Positions 46,639-56,096 of a stretch of DNA of 64,000 nucleotides are shown here, in pieces. Position 1 is the first letter of the stretch, and every line of letters starts with the position of its first letter. Position numbers and translations under genes: made by a program. The DNA is from Myxococcota bacterium. Its GTDB lineage: Bacteria > Myxococcota_A > UBA9160 > UBA6930. The stretch covers positions 2,112,001 through 2,176,000 of the forward strand of contig OZ245015.1 in NCBI GenBank assembly GCA_965223705.1, read 5' to 3'. The notes beneath the pieces were generated by a model. It saw only the letters and a list, made by a program, of their open reading frames with translations, did not search any database and was not told where the DNA came from.

Positions 46639-48512
46639 GGCGCGAGTCCCTCGACGAACTGTTGGTGCCAGAGCGCGGCGTTTAGCAAGCTCCACAACAC
46701 GTGGTTGTGATTGGCGCGCCGCGCGCTGTGCTCTTCCCACAAGTCACGGACGGCGCGCGGCTGGAAGTAGCGGTCGATCAGTTCGGAGCGCTCCAAGGTA
46801 TTGCGGGCGAAGGCGCCCATTTCTCCCCGGAGCCAGTTCTTGACGGGCAGGCTATAGCCCTGCTTGCCGCGGCGCACGATCTCCGTCGGCAACAGGGGCG
46901 CGACCGCACTGCGCAGGATCGATTTCGTCTTGATGCCGTCGAGCTTCCATTCGGGCGGTAGCGACGCGGCGAACTCGACGACTTCGTGGCTCAGGAAGGG
47001 GACGCGCACTTCCAAACCGTGGGCCATCGACATCTTGTCGACCTTCATCAACAAACTGTCGGGCATGGTCACAGCGAGGTCGGCGACGAGATCGAGGTCG
47101 AGAGCGCGTACGGCACCGGAACGTTCGCGATGTTCGATGACGCCGCGAAACGCGTCTTCGTCGATGGTCTCGAGGACCTCGGGTCGGAACAGGGAGCGGC
47201 TGCGCTCCGCGTTCAGGAAATATTGCCATCGCATGGCGCCGCCTCCGGGCGGATGATCGAGGCCCTCGAAGAAGCGCTTCAGGACATTGACGAAGCCCTT
47301 TTTTTCGGGTCGATCACGCAGCCGCGCGACGAGGGGCGACAATGCGCGCAACGGCGGCGAGAGATGCGCAGCCGAGAAACCCCGCGCGAGCTTTGCCGCG
47401 ACGAACCGGTCGTAGCCCGCGAAGATCTCATCGCTGCCTTCCCCGGAAAGCGCCACCTTGACCTGCTCCCGAGCGCGCTCGGCGATGAGGAAAAACGGAA
47501 CCGCCGAGAGGTCCGACATCGGCTGATCGAGGTGCCAGATTGCTCGGGAGAGTGTCTCGGGGGAGATCGGATCGATCCGCAGGGTCTCGAGTTCCAGACG
47601 AAAGCGCTTCGCAATCGCCTTGGCGTAGCCCAGTTCGCTGAAGGAAGCGTCGTCGTAGGTGAGCGTGAAGGCCGGGATGGGGTCGTCGGTCTGCTCCGCG
47701 GCGAGCGCCACCAGGGTCGAAGAGTCGATCCCCCCGGAGACGAAGATGCCGACGGGAACGTCGGAACGCAGGCGCAGCGCCGTCGCGTGCCGCAAGCGGT
47801 CGAGGAGCTCGGCCTCGGCTTCCGTCCGGTCCATGTCGGTTTTGGGTTCCCAGTGAAGCGACCAGTACCGCTTGACCGTGCACGCGCCCTCGGGGTTGAC
47901 CTGAACGATATGGCCTGGCGGAAGCGACCGGATCGAGCGGAACATGGTGCGTGGCGAGGTCACGAACTCGAAGCCCATGAAGTCGAACAGCGACTGCGCG
48001 TCTAGCTCACGGTCGACACCGGGGAGCGCGAGGAGCGCTTTGATCTCCGATGCGAACGCGAAACGCGGGCCGTCCGAGTAGAAGTAGAGGGGCTTGATTC
48101 CGATTCGGTCGCGTGCGACGAAAAGGTCCCCCGTCACGGTGTCGTGAACCGCAAACGCGAACATGCCGTCGAAGCGTTCCACGGCGGTGGGGCCCCACTC
48201 CGCGAACGCGTTCGCGATGACCTCGGTGTCGGTGCCGGTGCGGAAGTGACGCCCCGATGCACGAAGCTCGTCACGCAACTCGATAAAGTTGTAGATTTCC
48301 CCGTTGTGTACGACCCAGAAGCGCTCGTCGTCGCTTGCGAGTGGGTTGCGACCCGCCTCGCTCAGGTCGAAGATCGCGAGGCGTCGGTGTCCGAGACTGA
48401 CACCTGCGGCGGCGCGCTGCCCTTCGTCGTCAGGACCGCGGTGCCGAAGCTGGTCCGAGAGAACTCGAACGAGCTTTTTGTCTTCCCAGGTGAATCCCGC
48501 AATGCCGCACAC
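46635..48512 (-). CDS. asnB: Asparagine synthase (glutamine-hydrolysing) type amidotransferase
   Basis: N-terminal (M)CGIAG. HRGPD, NGEIYN, SGGIDSS, SGEGSDE, EVRVPFL. Confidence 0.92.
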   Translation of the reverse strand: MCGIAGFTWEDKKLVRVLSDQLRHRGPDDEGQRAAAGVSLGHRRLAIFDLSEAGRNPLASDDERFWVVHNGEIYNFIELRDELRASGRHFRTGTDTEVIANAFAEWGPTAVERFDGMFAFAVHDTVTGDLFVARDRIGIKPLYFYSDGPRFAFASEIKALLALPGVDRELDAQSLFDFMGFEFVTSPRTMFRSIRSLPPGHIVQVNPEGACTVKRYWSLHWEPKTDMDRTEAEAELLDRLRHATALRLRSDVPVGIFVSGGIDSSTLVALAAEQTDDPIPAFTLTYDDASFSELGYAKAIAKRFRLELETLRIDPISPETLSRAIWHLDQPMSDLSAVPFFLIAERAREQVKVALSGEGSDEIFAGYDRFVAAKLARGFSAAHLSPPLRALSPLVARLRDRPEKKGFVNVLKRFFEGLDHPPGGGAMRWQYFLNAERSRSLFRPEVLETIDEDAFRGVIEHRERSGAVRALDLDLVADLAVTMPDSLLMKVDKMSMAHGLEVRVPFLSHEVVEFAASLPPEWKLDGIKTKSILRSAVAPLLPTEIVRRGKQGYSLPVKNWLRGEMGAFARNTLERSELIDRYFQPRAVRDLWEEHSARRANHNHVLWSLLNAALWHQQFVEGLAP

Positions 48513-48695
48513 GAATTGGCTTCCCCCGTTGCCGCAAGCGGGCGCACCCCCCACTGTGTGTCGACCGATCCGCGCCCCAACCGTAGACCGAACCGAGGGT
48601 GTCCCGCTCCCCGGATTTTCCGTATGGTGGGCCTAATTCGCAACGGGCGGCCGGCTCCTGAAAAGTCGTCGGTGAGTCGATAGGTCGGGCAGGCC

Positions 48696-49619
48696 ATGGC
48701 ATCTCGAGGACCCTTGGACATCAGCGTCGTCGTCCCCGTGTACAACGAGGAAGACAACGTCGGCGAGCTCGTCGACCGCGTCACCGCCGTGATGCGAGCC
48801 ACGGGCTACGGATTCGAGCTGATCGTGATCGACGACGGCAGCGCGGACCAAACGCTCGCCCACCTGCGTCGCGCCCGCCTCGCAGTCGACGAACTCCGGG
48901 TGGTCGTTCTGCGAAGAAACTTCGGTCAGACCGCGGCACTCCAAGCCGGGTTCGATCATGCGCGGGGAAGGATCATCGTGACGCTCGACGGTGATCTCCA
49001 GAACGATCCCGCGGATATTCCGCGCTTGATCGCGGTGATCGAGCGCGGGGCCGATGTGGTAAGCGGGTGGCGTCGGGATCGCAAGGACACGCTGGTCATG
49101 CGGAAAATTCCGTCGATCCTGGCCAATTCCCTCATCCGCTGGCTGACCGGAGTCCCGGTCCACGACCAGGGGTGCTCCCTCAAAGCGTATCGGAGAGAAG
49201 TCGTCGAACGGCTCGACCTCTATTCCGACATGCATCGCTTCATCACGGTCCTCACGATGTGGAACGCCGCAAAAATTGCCGAGGTCGAAGTCACGCACCA
49301 TCCTCGGCGGGCGGGAATTTCGAAGTACGGGATCGGACGTGTGACCAAAGTGATCGCCGACCTGTGTACCATCCAGATGATGACTCACTTCCGCGATCAC
49401 CCGGTGCGCTGGTTCGGTGTCGTGGCGGCGCCGTTTCTGCTGGCCTCGATCGTTTGCTTGGCCGCGGTGCCCGTCACCGGCGTGGTAATGGCCGCCGTCT
49501 CCGTGATCGCGAGCATGGTCTGCGTAAGTTGCGCTTGCGCGGGCGCGATTTCCGAGTTGATTCTCGAGACGGCGAACTCGGGCCGGGATTCGCTCATCGC
49601 ACGGGAAGAGCTGCGATGA
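48696..49619 (+). CDS. GT2, ArnC/GtrB-like polyprenyl-phosphate glycosyltransferase
   Basis: VVPVYNEE, RNFGQTAA, DGDLQNDP, two C-terminal TM. Confidence 0.9.
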   Translation: MASRGPLDISVVVPVYNEEDNVGELVDRVTAVMRATGYGFELIVIDDGSADQTLAHLRRARLAVDELRVVVLRRNFGQTAALQAGFDHARGRIIVTLDGDLQNDPADIPRLIAVIERGADVVSGWRRDRKDTLVMRKIPSILANSLIRWLTGVPVHDQGCSLKAYRREVVERLDLYSDMHRFITVLTMWNAAKIAEVEVTHHPRRAGISKYGIGRVTKVIADLCTIQMMTHFRDHPVRWFGVVAAPFLLASIVCLAAVPVTGVVMAAVSVIASMVCVSCACAGAISELILETANSGRDSLIAREELR

Positions 49620-50662
49620 CCGATTCGTTGCCCGATATCTCGGTGCTGATTCCGGTAACCGAGCGTCACGACGATCTCCGGAGCTTATGCGACGAGGTAC
49701 GCAAAGCGCTCGATCCGGTGACGCGGAACATCGAGCTGTTGGTGCTGGTGACGTACCCGTTCGACGAGGCACTAGAAACGGTTCGCGAAATCGCGGCACT
49801 CGATCCTCGCGTTCGATTGCTCCACTTCGCGCGGAGTGCGGACGAGGCCAACGTTCTTTCCGTGGGCTTCTCTCGGGCATCCGGCCGCGTGTTCATGACG
49901 GTTCCGAGCTACTTCGATGCGGATCTCGCCGCGCTTCCAGAGCTGTACGAAGAAGTCCAAGCCGGCGCGGACCTGGTCATCGGTCGACGCGTCAAGCGCA
50001 CGAATGGAGTGCTGAAGCGCATTCAATCGACGTGGTTCAACGTCCTGGGTCGGTGGGCGACGGGAACGCAGTTCCAAGACCTCGCGAGTGGAACGCGCGC
50101 GCTGCGGCGAGAAGTTGCGGAAGAGATCCGACTCTACGGTGACTTCCATCGGTTCTTGCCCGTGCTCGCCGATCGTGTGGGTCTCTCCGTGGTCGAAGTC
50201 GAGGTGCCCCAGGATCCCCGCTACAGCGCGCCGCCGCTCTACTCGATGCGGACGTACGTCTGGCGATCGATCGACCTGCTGTCGATCTTTTTTCTCTCGC
50301 GCTTCACGCGGCGACCCTTGCGGTTGTTCGGCGCTGTGGGTGGGCTGTTTGGCTTGTCGGGCCTGGTTCTTCTGGCGACGTTGGCCGTGCAGCGCCTGGG
50401 GGGGACGCCTCTCGCGGATCGCCCCCTGCTCGTTCTCGGGGCGCTTCTGATCGGCGTCGGGGTGCAGGTCCTGACAATCGGTCTACTGGGCGAACTGATT
50501 CTGTTCTTCCACGCGCGCGAGGTGCGGGACTACCGCGTGGAAGAAGTGCTCGAGGCGGAGTTTGCGGGAGCTGCTTCGGCCGAAGCGGCCGTGTTAGAAA
50601 CGCCGGCGGTTGCGATTGCCGGCGAAAGCCAAACCGAGCAGGCCACCGAGGACCATCACTAG
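49616..50662 (+). CDS. Divergent GT2, ArnC-like paralog
   Basis: ATGA overlap. Same architecture as the upstream gene (LYGDFHRFLP, RPLRLFG, two TM). Confidence 0.8.
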   Translation: MTDSLPDISVLIPVTERHDDLRSLCDEVRKALDPVTRNIELLVLVTYPFDEALETVREIAALDPRVRLLHFARSADEANVLSVGFSRASGRVFMTVPSYFDADLAALPELYEEVQAGADLVIGRRVKRTNGVLKRIQSTWFNVLGRWATGTQFQDLASGTRALRREVAEEIRLYGDFHRFLPVLADRVGLSVVEVEVPQDPRYSAPPLYSMRTYVWRSIDLLSIFFLSRFTRRPLRLFGAVGGLFGLSGLVLLATLAVQRLGGTPLADRPLLVLGALLIGVGVQVLTIGLLGELILFFHAREVRDYRVEEVLEAEFAGAASAEAAVLETPAVAIAGESQTEQATEDHH

Positions 50663-51340
50663 CGTCTGCGGCTCGGGCACGGTCGAGAACGTCAGGTTGT
50701 CCACGGCACCGGAGCCGCCGAGTTCGACCTCGACGCGATCCCATCCACCGCTCTGCTCGTCGCCGAGAGAAGCCAAATCGAAGGGGTTGATCCGGTTGGC
50801 GAAGTTGTCGCCGAAGACGACCGTCGGATCGCGCGTGACGAGTTCCGCGAACGTGATCGAACTCTGCAGCACCCCGTTCGTGTAGAAGCGAATGGCGCCG
50901 GCTTCTTCGGTATCGACGAGATCCAGGCCGAAGCTGTTGATCGGAGTCGAGAAATCAAAAACGAGGGTGCCGCCGTCCCTTTCGTCGTCGGGAACCGCCA
51001 CGGCGCCGGATCCGAAATCGTCGTTCTCCGAGATAATCAACAACATGCCGAGTTCGGCGTCGGGGATATTGCCCCCCGCCCACGGGCCGACGAGGTCGGG
51101 GTCGTCCATCGACGGGATGCTCGAGTCGAAAAGGATGGCCAGGTCGAAAGGCTTCACGGGATTGATCGCCGAGATCACCACGCCGTCGGCCTGGAACTGA
51201 TCCGTGATGACGTCCCCAGCGGAGAGACCCGAGAAGTTGACCGACGCCGCCAAGCTCGGGGCGCTGCCACCGAGGGTGAGAAGCAGCAGCGCAAGGAAAC
51301 CTGCGAATGCTCGGCCCTCATGTCTACTGGTAAAAAACAC
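50594..51340 (-). CDS. PEP-CTERM sorting-domain surface protein
   Basis: Signal peptide, an acidic domain, then TVPEPQT + TM + RNRRRF. GGAGAG before GTG 51340; ATG 51400 is an alternative start. Confidence 0.9.
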   Translation of the reverse strand: MFFTSRHEGRAFAGFLALLLLTLGGSAPSLAASVNFSGLSAGDVITDQFQADGVVISAINPVKPFDLAILFDSSIPSMDDPDLVGPWAGGNIPDAELGMLLIISENDDFGSGAVAVPDDERDGGTLVFDFSTPINSFGLDLVDTEEAGAIRFYTNGVLQSSITFAELVTRDPTVVFGDNFANRINPFDLASLGDEQSGGWDRVEVELGGSGAVDNLTFSTVPEPQTLVMVLGGLLGLAFAGNRNRRRF

Positions 51341-51431
51341 TACATTCTCTCCGCACGCCGGGGCACGACCTGGGGTCAGGGCCCACCTCAGCACAGTCAT
51401 GCGTAAAGGTAGTGGTTCCGAGGTTGTTCAG

Positions 51432-51465
51432 GTGACGGAAAAAGTCACTTTGTGACGAAAAACAC
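51432..51465. promoter_or_regulatory. Candidate transcription-factor site array upstream of the PEP-CTERM gene
   Basis: GTGAC-ggaaaaa-GTCAC-ttt-GTGAC-gaaaaa in an AT-rich patch. Confidence 0.45.
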
Positions 51466-51496
51466 CCGTTTTTTACCCGCGGGGGTTGCGACCTGG

Positions 51497-52954
51497 TTAC
51501 TCGGACGAGAGGTCGAGGGCTGAACGCCCGAGAAGCCGTTCGGCCAGTTCGGCGGGATGGACGGCGCTGACGAAGCGGCCCGGTCCCGCGCGGGGATCGC
51601 CGGGCAAAGCTCCGGTCGGGCCACTCAGCACAGCAGCCCGGTCACGGCCCGCCTCGAGGACCAAAAGCACCGCACATCGCTCAAGGCCCCCGAAGAGATC
51701 GAGCACATCGCTGAGAGCCGCGATGGCGGGCTCGAGGCGCTCGACGGGGCGGGGAACGCTGCTCCTGAAGTCGAGCAGGAGGGCAAAAGGTCTAGCTGCG
51801 AGTTTCTCCGGGCTCGAGAGGAGCCAGGCTTTCGCCGACGCGACCAGGGACGTCGGCGTACGGAAGCCTTCGCGAGGACCCACCCCGGTCGCGCGCACAA
51901 TACGGCCCACGCTCGTGCGCTGTCCGCCCGCCGCGAGCCAAGCGCCCGTTCCAGGCTGCCAGTCGTGATGTGCGGCGCCGCCGGACCGGCCGAACTCCGT
52001 GACGAATTCGGCGGTGGCGTGGCTGTCCCGAGACCATCGCTCGAAGAGTGCCGCGCCGTCGCGCCGGGTCAGCCACTCGGGGATCCGCGCTTCGCGCTCA
52101 GCGACTTTCGGCACGTCCTCGAAAACGACGCCGCGCGCTTCGAGGAGGCTCAAGGTCGGCGTGTCGAAGCTCAGGTTTCGAAGCGCAGCGGGCGGTACAG
52201 ACCACGCGAGGACCACGACGTGCGGACCGGGGTGCGGTTCGGAAAGGAGCCGCGCTTCGGAAAAAGCCCACGGGAGAAGCGAAGGGCCGAGAGCGATCCC
52301 GCAGCCCGCGGCCAGTGCCAGACGCGCCGAACGCGCCCAGCTCCGGGACGGACGCGTGTTGTGCTTCATCCACTCGAGCCCGGCGAGCGAGAGGGCGAGA
52401 AGCAGCGCGATCCCCGTGGCGATCGTCGCGAATCGCCGATCGGAGACCGCCGCGTGTTCGCTCAGCGCGACGAAGGCGGCGCACAGGGTCCAGACCCAGG
52501 GGCCCGGCGGAGGAAGCGCCGCACGCTCGAGCTGCACGCCAGCCCGCGCACCGAGGAAACTCGCGAGGCCCGCGGCGGCGAAGGTCGCAGTCGCGTAGAG
52601 CAGCCCGGCCAGCGCGCTTTGGCGCGCCGCCTCGATGCCCGCTCCGGCGGCGACGAACAACAACAGCGGCCCGAGGGTTGCGCCGACCAGCTCCGAGCGG
52701 GTCGGAGACCGGAGGCGGCTCCAGAGGAAACCCGCCCCAAGGCACAGCACCGCCAGCCCGACTGCGGCACCGAGCAGCACCGCAAGCGCCATGGCCATGG
52801 ACGGTGACTCGCCGCGCAACCAGAGGAGCAACAGCTCGCTCGCACCGAGCACCGCACCGAGGAAGGTCCCGGCGTAGCACCAGTCTCGGCGCCGCGGGAG
52901 GGACGGGAGCCAGCGGCGGGCAGCGGCGCCCTCGATCGGCGCGCTGGCGGTCAT
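51497..52954 (-). CDS. Multi-TM protein with a degenerate sulfatase/alkaline-phosphatase-like C-terminal domain
   Basis: PHVVVL...DTPTLSLLEARGVVFEDV, ATAEFV and RPFALLL follow the sulfatase scaffold. No catalytic or metal-binding motifs are visible. Confidence 0.6.
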   Translation of the reverse strand: MTASAPIEGAAARRWLPSLPRRRDWCYAGTFLGAVLGASELLLLWLRGESPSMAMALAVLLGAAVGLAVLCLGAGFLWSRLRSPTRSELVGATLGPLLLFVAAGAGIEAARQSALAGLLYATATFAAAGLASFLGARAGVQLERAALPPPGPWVWTLCAAFVALSEHAAVSDRRFATIATGIALLLALSLAGLEWMKHNTRPSRSWARSARLALAAGCGIALGPSLLPWAFSEARLLSEPHPGPHVVVLAWSVPPAALRNLSFDTPTLSLLEARGVVFEDVPKVAEREARIPEWLTRRDGAALFERWSRDSHATAEFVTEFGRSGGAAHHDWQPGTGAWLAAGGQRTSVGRIVRATGVGPREGFRTPTSLVASAKAWLLSSPEKLAARPFALLLDFRSSVPRPVERLEPAIAALSDVLDLFGGLERCAVLLVLEAGRDRAAVLSGPTGALPGDPRAGPGRFVSAVHPAELAERLLGRSALDLSSE

Positions 52955-53002
52955 GGTGGTGTCGGGCGGGGGCGCTCTCGCCGTGCGGCGGCTCGCCCGG
53001 GA

Positions 53003-55159
53003 CTACGGGGTGTCGGAATCGTCGGCACTCGGCTCACCGTAGGCGTAGCGCGAGTAGGCGTCATAGTAGTAGAACCGCTCGAAGGAACCCGGGCTCACCT
53101 GGTTGAAGACCACACCGGCGACGTCCCGCATGTCGGCCATCGATCGCAACACCGCGTCTCGAGGCGTCGCGTCAGCGCGAACCACGAACAGCACGAGGTC
53201 GGCGAGCCGCTTCATGAGTTTCGTATCGACCACCGGCAATAGCGGCGGCGAGTCGATGAACACGACGTCGTAGCGCTGCTTCGCTTCTTCGAGAACTGCG
53301 AGAAAGCGATCGCTGGTCAACAACGCGAGGGGGTTGCGAACCGAGGGGCCCGCCGGAAGCACGGACAGATTCGGGATCGTCGTTCGAACGGCACCTTCCT
53401 CGAGATCGAGCTGATTCTTCAGGACGTTTGAAAGGCCCTGTCTACGGCTGATGCGGACCAGACGATGCGCGGTCGGTCTTCGCAAGTCGGCGTCGATGAG
53501 AAGGGTGTTTCGGTCGAGGTCGCAAGCGAATGTCAGCGCCAAGTTCATCGTGGTCAGCGACTTGCCGTCGCCGCGCTGCGCACTCGTCACCAGGACGACG
53601 CGACGTTTTTCGTCCTCGAGAAAAATCGGCGCGAAGCCGCGGTATTGCTCCGCCGGTGCGGACTCCGGCGCGGTGTAGACCACGAGGCGCGGATCGACAT
53701 CACCCGACGGCGGGTCGACGTAGATGCGGTCGTTCTCGATCTTCGGAATCGAAGCGACCACGGGGAGGCCGATCGTTCGGGCGAGCTTCGACACCGAGCG
53801 AAACGCCGGGTTTCGGAACTCCTGCAGCGCAATGAAGAGACCTGTAACCAGCAAGCCCAGTGCGAGGCCTCCGGGCAGCGTCAAGCGGATATCTGGAAAG
53901 CTCGGCAGCTTCGGAACGCGCGCCGGTCGCAGCACTTTGAAGCGCTCTCCCTTCTGTGCTTGTTCCAAGTTGCGCGCGATGGCCGCTTCGTACTTTTTCG
54001 AGAGGAGCGTCTGGTAGGTTTCGGTGAGCTCGGTGTAGTCCCGCGTCAGATTGCGCATCTCCTCCTCTCGGGCGGGAGTCTGGGCGACGCGGCCCTCGAG
54101 GAGTTGGATCTGTTCGACGAGTAGATCCTCGCGACGCCGAAGCTTCGTCGCATCGATCTGCGCAGCTTCGATTTCCTGCACGAGCCCCATCACGATCGGG
54201 TCGGCGTTGAAATTCCCGGAACCCGAGGCGCTTTCCCGCATTCGGTCCTCGAGCGCCGCGACTTCGCGGCGCAGCGAGATGACGTTCGGGTGTTCCGGGG
54301 TGTAGACGCCTTCTGCGCTCAAGAGCCTCGCTCGCGCATCGTCGAGTTGGCGCGCCAGCGCCGAGCCGCCGCCACCCGAGCCGCGCAGCGTCTGTAGCTG
54401 TCGCCGGAGAAGCGCGATTCGTTGGGCGACCGACTCGCGGCCCTCGAGTATGGACGCGAGCTCGGAGTTCATCCGGTCGAGGCTCCGCAGGTTCGACTCC
54501 AGCTGCTCGGGCAGGGCTCCCATCCGCGTCTGCCGGAAGTCCCGGAGCTTGGTCTCGTGTTCGACGACTTGTTGGCGGATCCTCTCGAGCTCCCGGTCTA
54601 GGAACTCGGCCGTGGAGCTCGCGGCCTTGGTGCGGTCCTTGATGTTCTCGGCGATGAACAGGCTCGCGATCTCGCGCGTGATCTCCGCGACGAGCTCGGG
54701 TTCCTTGCCTTCGAAACTCACCTCGAACACCGCGGCGGATCGCGAGCGATCGGAAAAGCGGCTTCCCTTGATCGTGACGTCCAAGTTGCCTCGGATCTGT
54801 CGCATCAGCGCTTCACGGGTGCGCTTGCCGCTCGGGTCCAGGCGCTCGGCCGAGATGCGGTCGATCAACTCGTTCAGGTTGTTGTAGCTCGTGACCCGTT
54901 CATTCAGCGTTTGGAGGCGCTGACCGATTTCGATGCGCACGGTCGGGCGGACGAAATCGACGGGCACTTCCTGGGGCTCGACCAAGATCGTTGTGTTGGC
55001 CCGGTAGACCGGGGGGAGCACCAAATATGCTGTCAGGCCGAGCAGGAGCCCCACGACCGCGCCGATGATGATGAGCTTTCGGCGACGTTCGAGAATCTCG
55101 AAGATGTCTTCGAGGTCGAACGAGGGGCCTTGGTGCGACGAGTCTTGCAAAAAAGTCAA
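53003..55159 (-). CDS. wzc: Polysaccharide co-polymerase / BY tyrosine kinase (Wzc-type fusion)
   Basis: Two TM flanking a coiled coil. SAQRGDGKS, IDADLRRP, IDSPP, Tyr-rich tail. Confidence 0.9.
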   Translation of the reverse strand: MTFLQDSSHQGPSFDLEDIFEILERRRKLIIIGAVVGLLLGLTAYLVLPPVYRANTTILVEPQEVPVDFVRPTVRIEIGQRLQTLNERVTSYNNLNELIDRISAERLDPSGKRTREALMRQIRGNLDVTIKGSRFSDRSRSAAVFEVSFEGKEPELVAEITREIASLFIAENIKDRTKAASSTAEFLDRELERIRQQVVEHETKLRDFRQTRMGALPEQLESNLRSLDRMNSELASILEGRESVAQRIALLRRQLQTLRGSGGGGSALARQLDDARARLLSAEGVYTPEHPNVISLRREVAALEDRMRESASGSGNFNADPIVMGLVQEIEAAQIDATKLRRREDLLVEQIQLLEGRVAQTPAREEEMRNLTRDYTELTETYQTLLSKKYEAAIARNLEQAQKGERFKVLRPARVPKLPSFPDIRLTLPGGLALGLLVTGLFIALQEFRNPAFRSVSKLARTIGLPVVASIPKIENDRIYVDPPSGDVDPRLVVYTAPESAPAEQYRGFAPIFLEDEKRRVVLVTSAQRGDGKSLTTMNLALTFACDLDRNTLLIDADLRRPTAHRLVRISRRQGLSNVLKNQLDLEEGAVRTTIPNLSVLPAGPSVRNPLALLTSDRFLAVLEEAKQRYDVVFIDSPPLLPVVDTKLMKRLADLVLFVVRADATPRDAVLRSMADMRDVAGVVFNQVSPGSFERFYYYDAYSRYAYGEPSADDSDTP

Positions 55160-55202
55160 TCCGTGCGGTGGAAGGCGTTCAAGCGGTCGCGACAGGAACG
55201 CG

Positions 55203-56096
55203 CTACGGCGTCCGCGTCTCCGTAGGGGGCTCGAGCTTCGTTATCGGCAGTCGGTCCGCGCGCTCAAGCCGCTGGAGAACTTCCCCCACGGGGGAAAAAT
55301 CGTGTTCTCGCAGCAGTGCCCGTAAGCGACCTTCCGTCTGGTCGAGGTTGAAATAGTGGTTGATGCGCGTCTTCCACGTCACTTGTTGACGCGGCTGGCC
55401 CGGATCGAGTTCCCACGGATGCAAATAAAGAATCGCGGGCTCGCCGCTCCGGGTCACCCGGCGGAAGGCCCAACGAAACCAGGACGCGGGGATGAATCGC
55501 AGGTAGGCGCCTCCCGCCAGCGGAAGGTTCAGGCCGGCGACGCGAAGCGTCGTCAGCGGAAATTCCTGCAGCGTCCGGCCGTCGCCCAAGTCGAGTTTCA
55601 CCGGACGGCGCGCGAAGCTCGGGATCCCGTAACGGTGGTGGCGAATCGGAAAGATCGAGGAGTCGTAGCGGAAGCCCTCGTCGGCGAGGATCTGCAGCGC
55701 CCAAAGCGAACGTTCGGTAATCGAGTAGCTCGGCGCCCGGTACCCCTCGACGCTCACTCCCGCCGCCTGTTGGATCGCGTCGCGCGAGCGCCTTAGGTCG
55801 TCGATGAACTTTTCCGGGCCCAGGTTGTAGACCAACTCGTGGTCGTAGCCGTGACACGCGAGTTCGTGGCCGCGATCCGCGATGGTTCTGACGAGCCCGG
55901 GATGGCGATCCGCGAGCCAGCCAAGACAGAAAAAGGTCGCGTGTTGGTCGCGCTCCTCAAAGGCATCGAGCAGTCGAAGCGTGGTCCCCTCGACGCGCGA
56001 CGGGAGTGAGTCCCAATCGCTGCGTGCGATCAAGTGATCGAAGTTCGATACCTGGAAATACTCCTCGAGATCGATCGAGAGAGCGCTGGGAATCAC
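55203..56096 (-). CDS. PEP-CTERM-locus polysaccharide deacetylase (DUF3473)
   Basis: SIDLEEYFQV, CHGYDH, GYRAPSYS, GGAYLR, YLHPWELDP.QPR. Confidence 0.9.
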   Translation of the reverse strand: MIPSALSIDLEEYFQVSNFDHLIARSDWDSLPSRVEGTTLRLLDAFEERDQHATFFCLGWLADRHPGLVRTIADRGHELACHGYDHELVYNLGPEKFIDDLRRSRDAIQQAAGVSVEGYRAPSYSITERSLWALQILADEGFRYDSSIFPIRHHRYGIPSFARRPVKLDLGDGRTLQEFPLTTLRVAGLNLPLAGGAYLRFIPASWFRWAFRRVTRSGEPAILYLHPWELDPGQPRQQVTWKTRINHYFNLDQTEGRLRALLREHDFSPVGEVLQRLERADRLPITKLEPPTETRTP

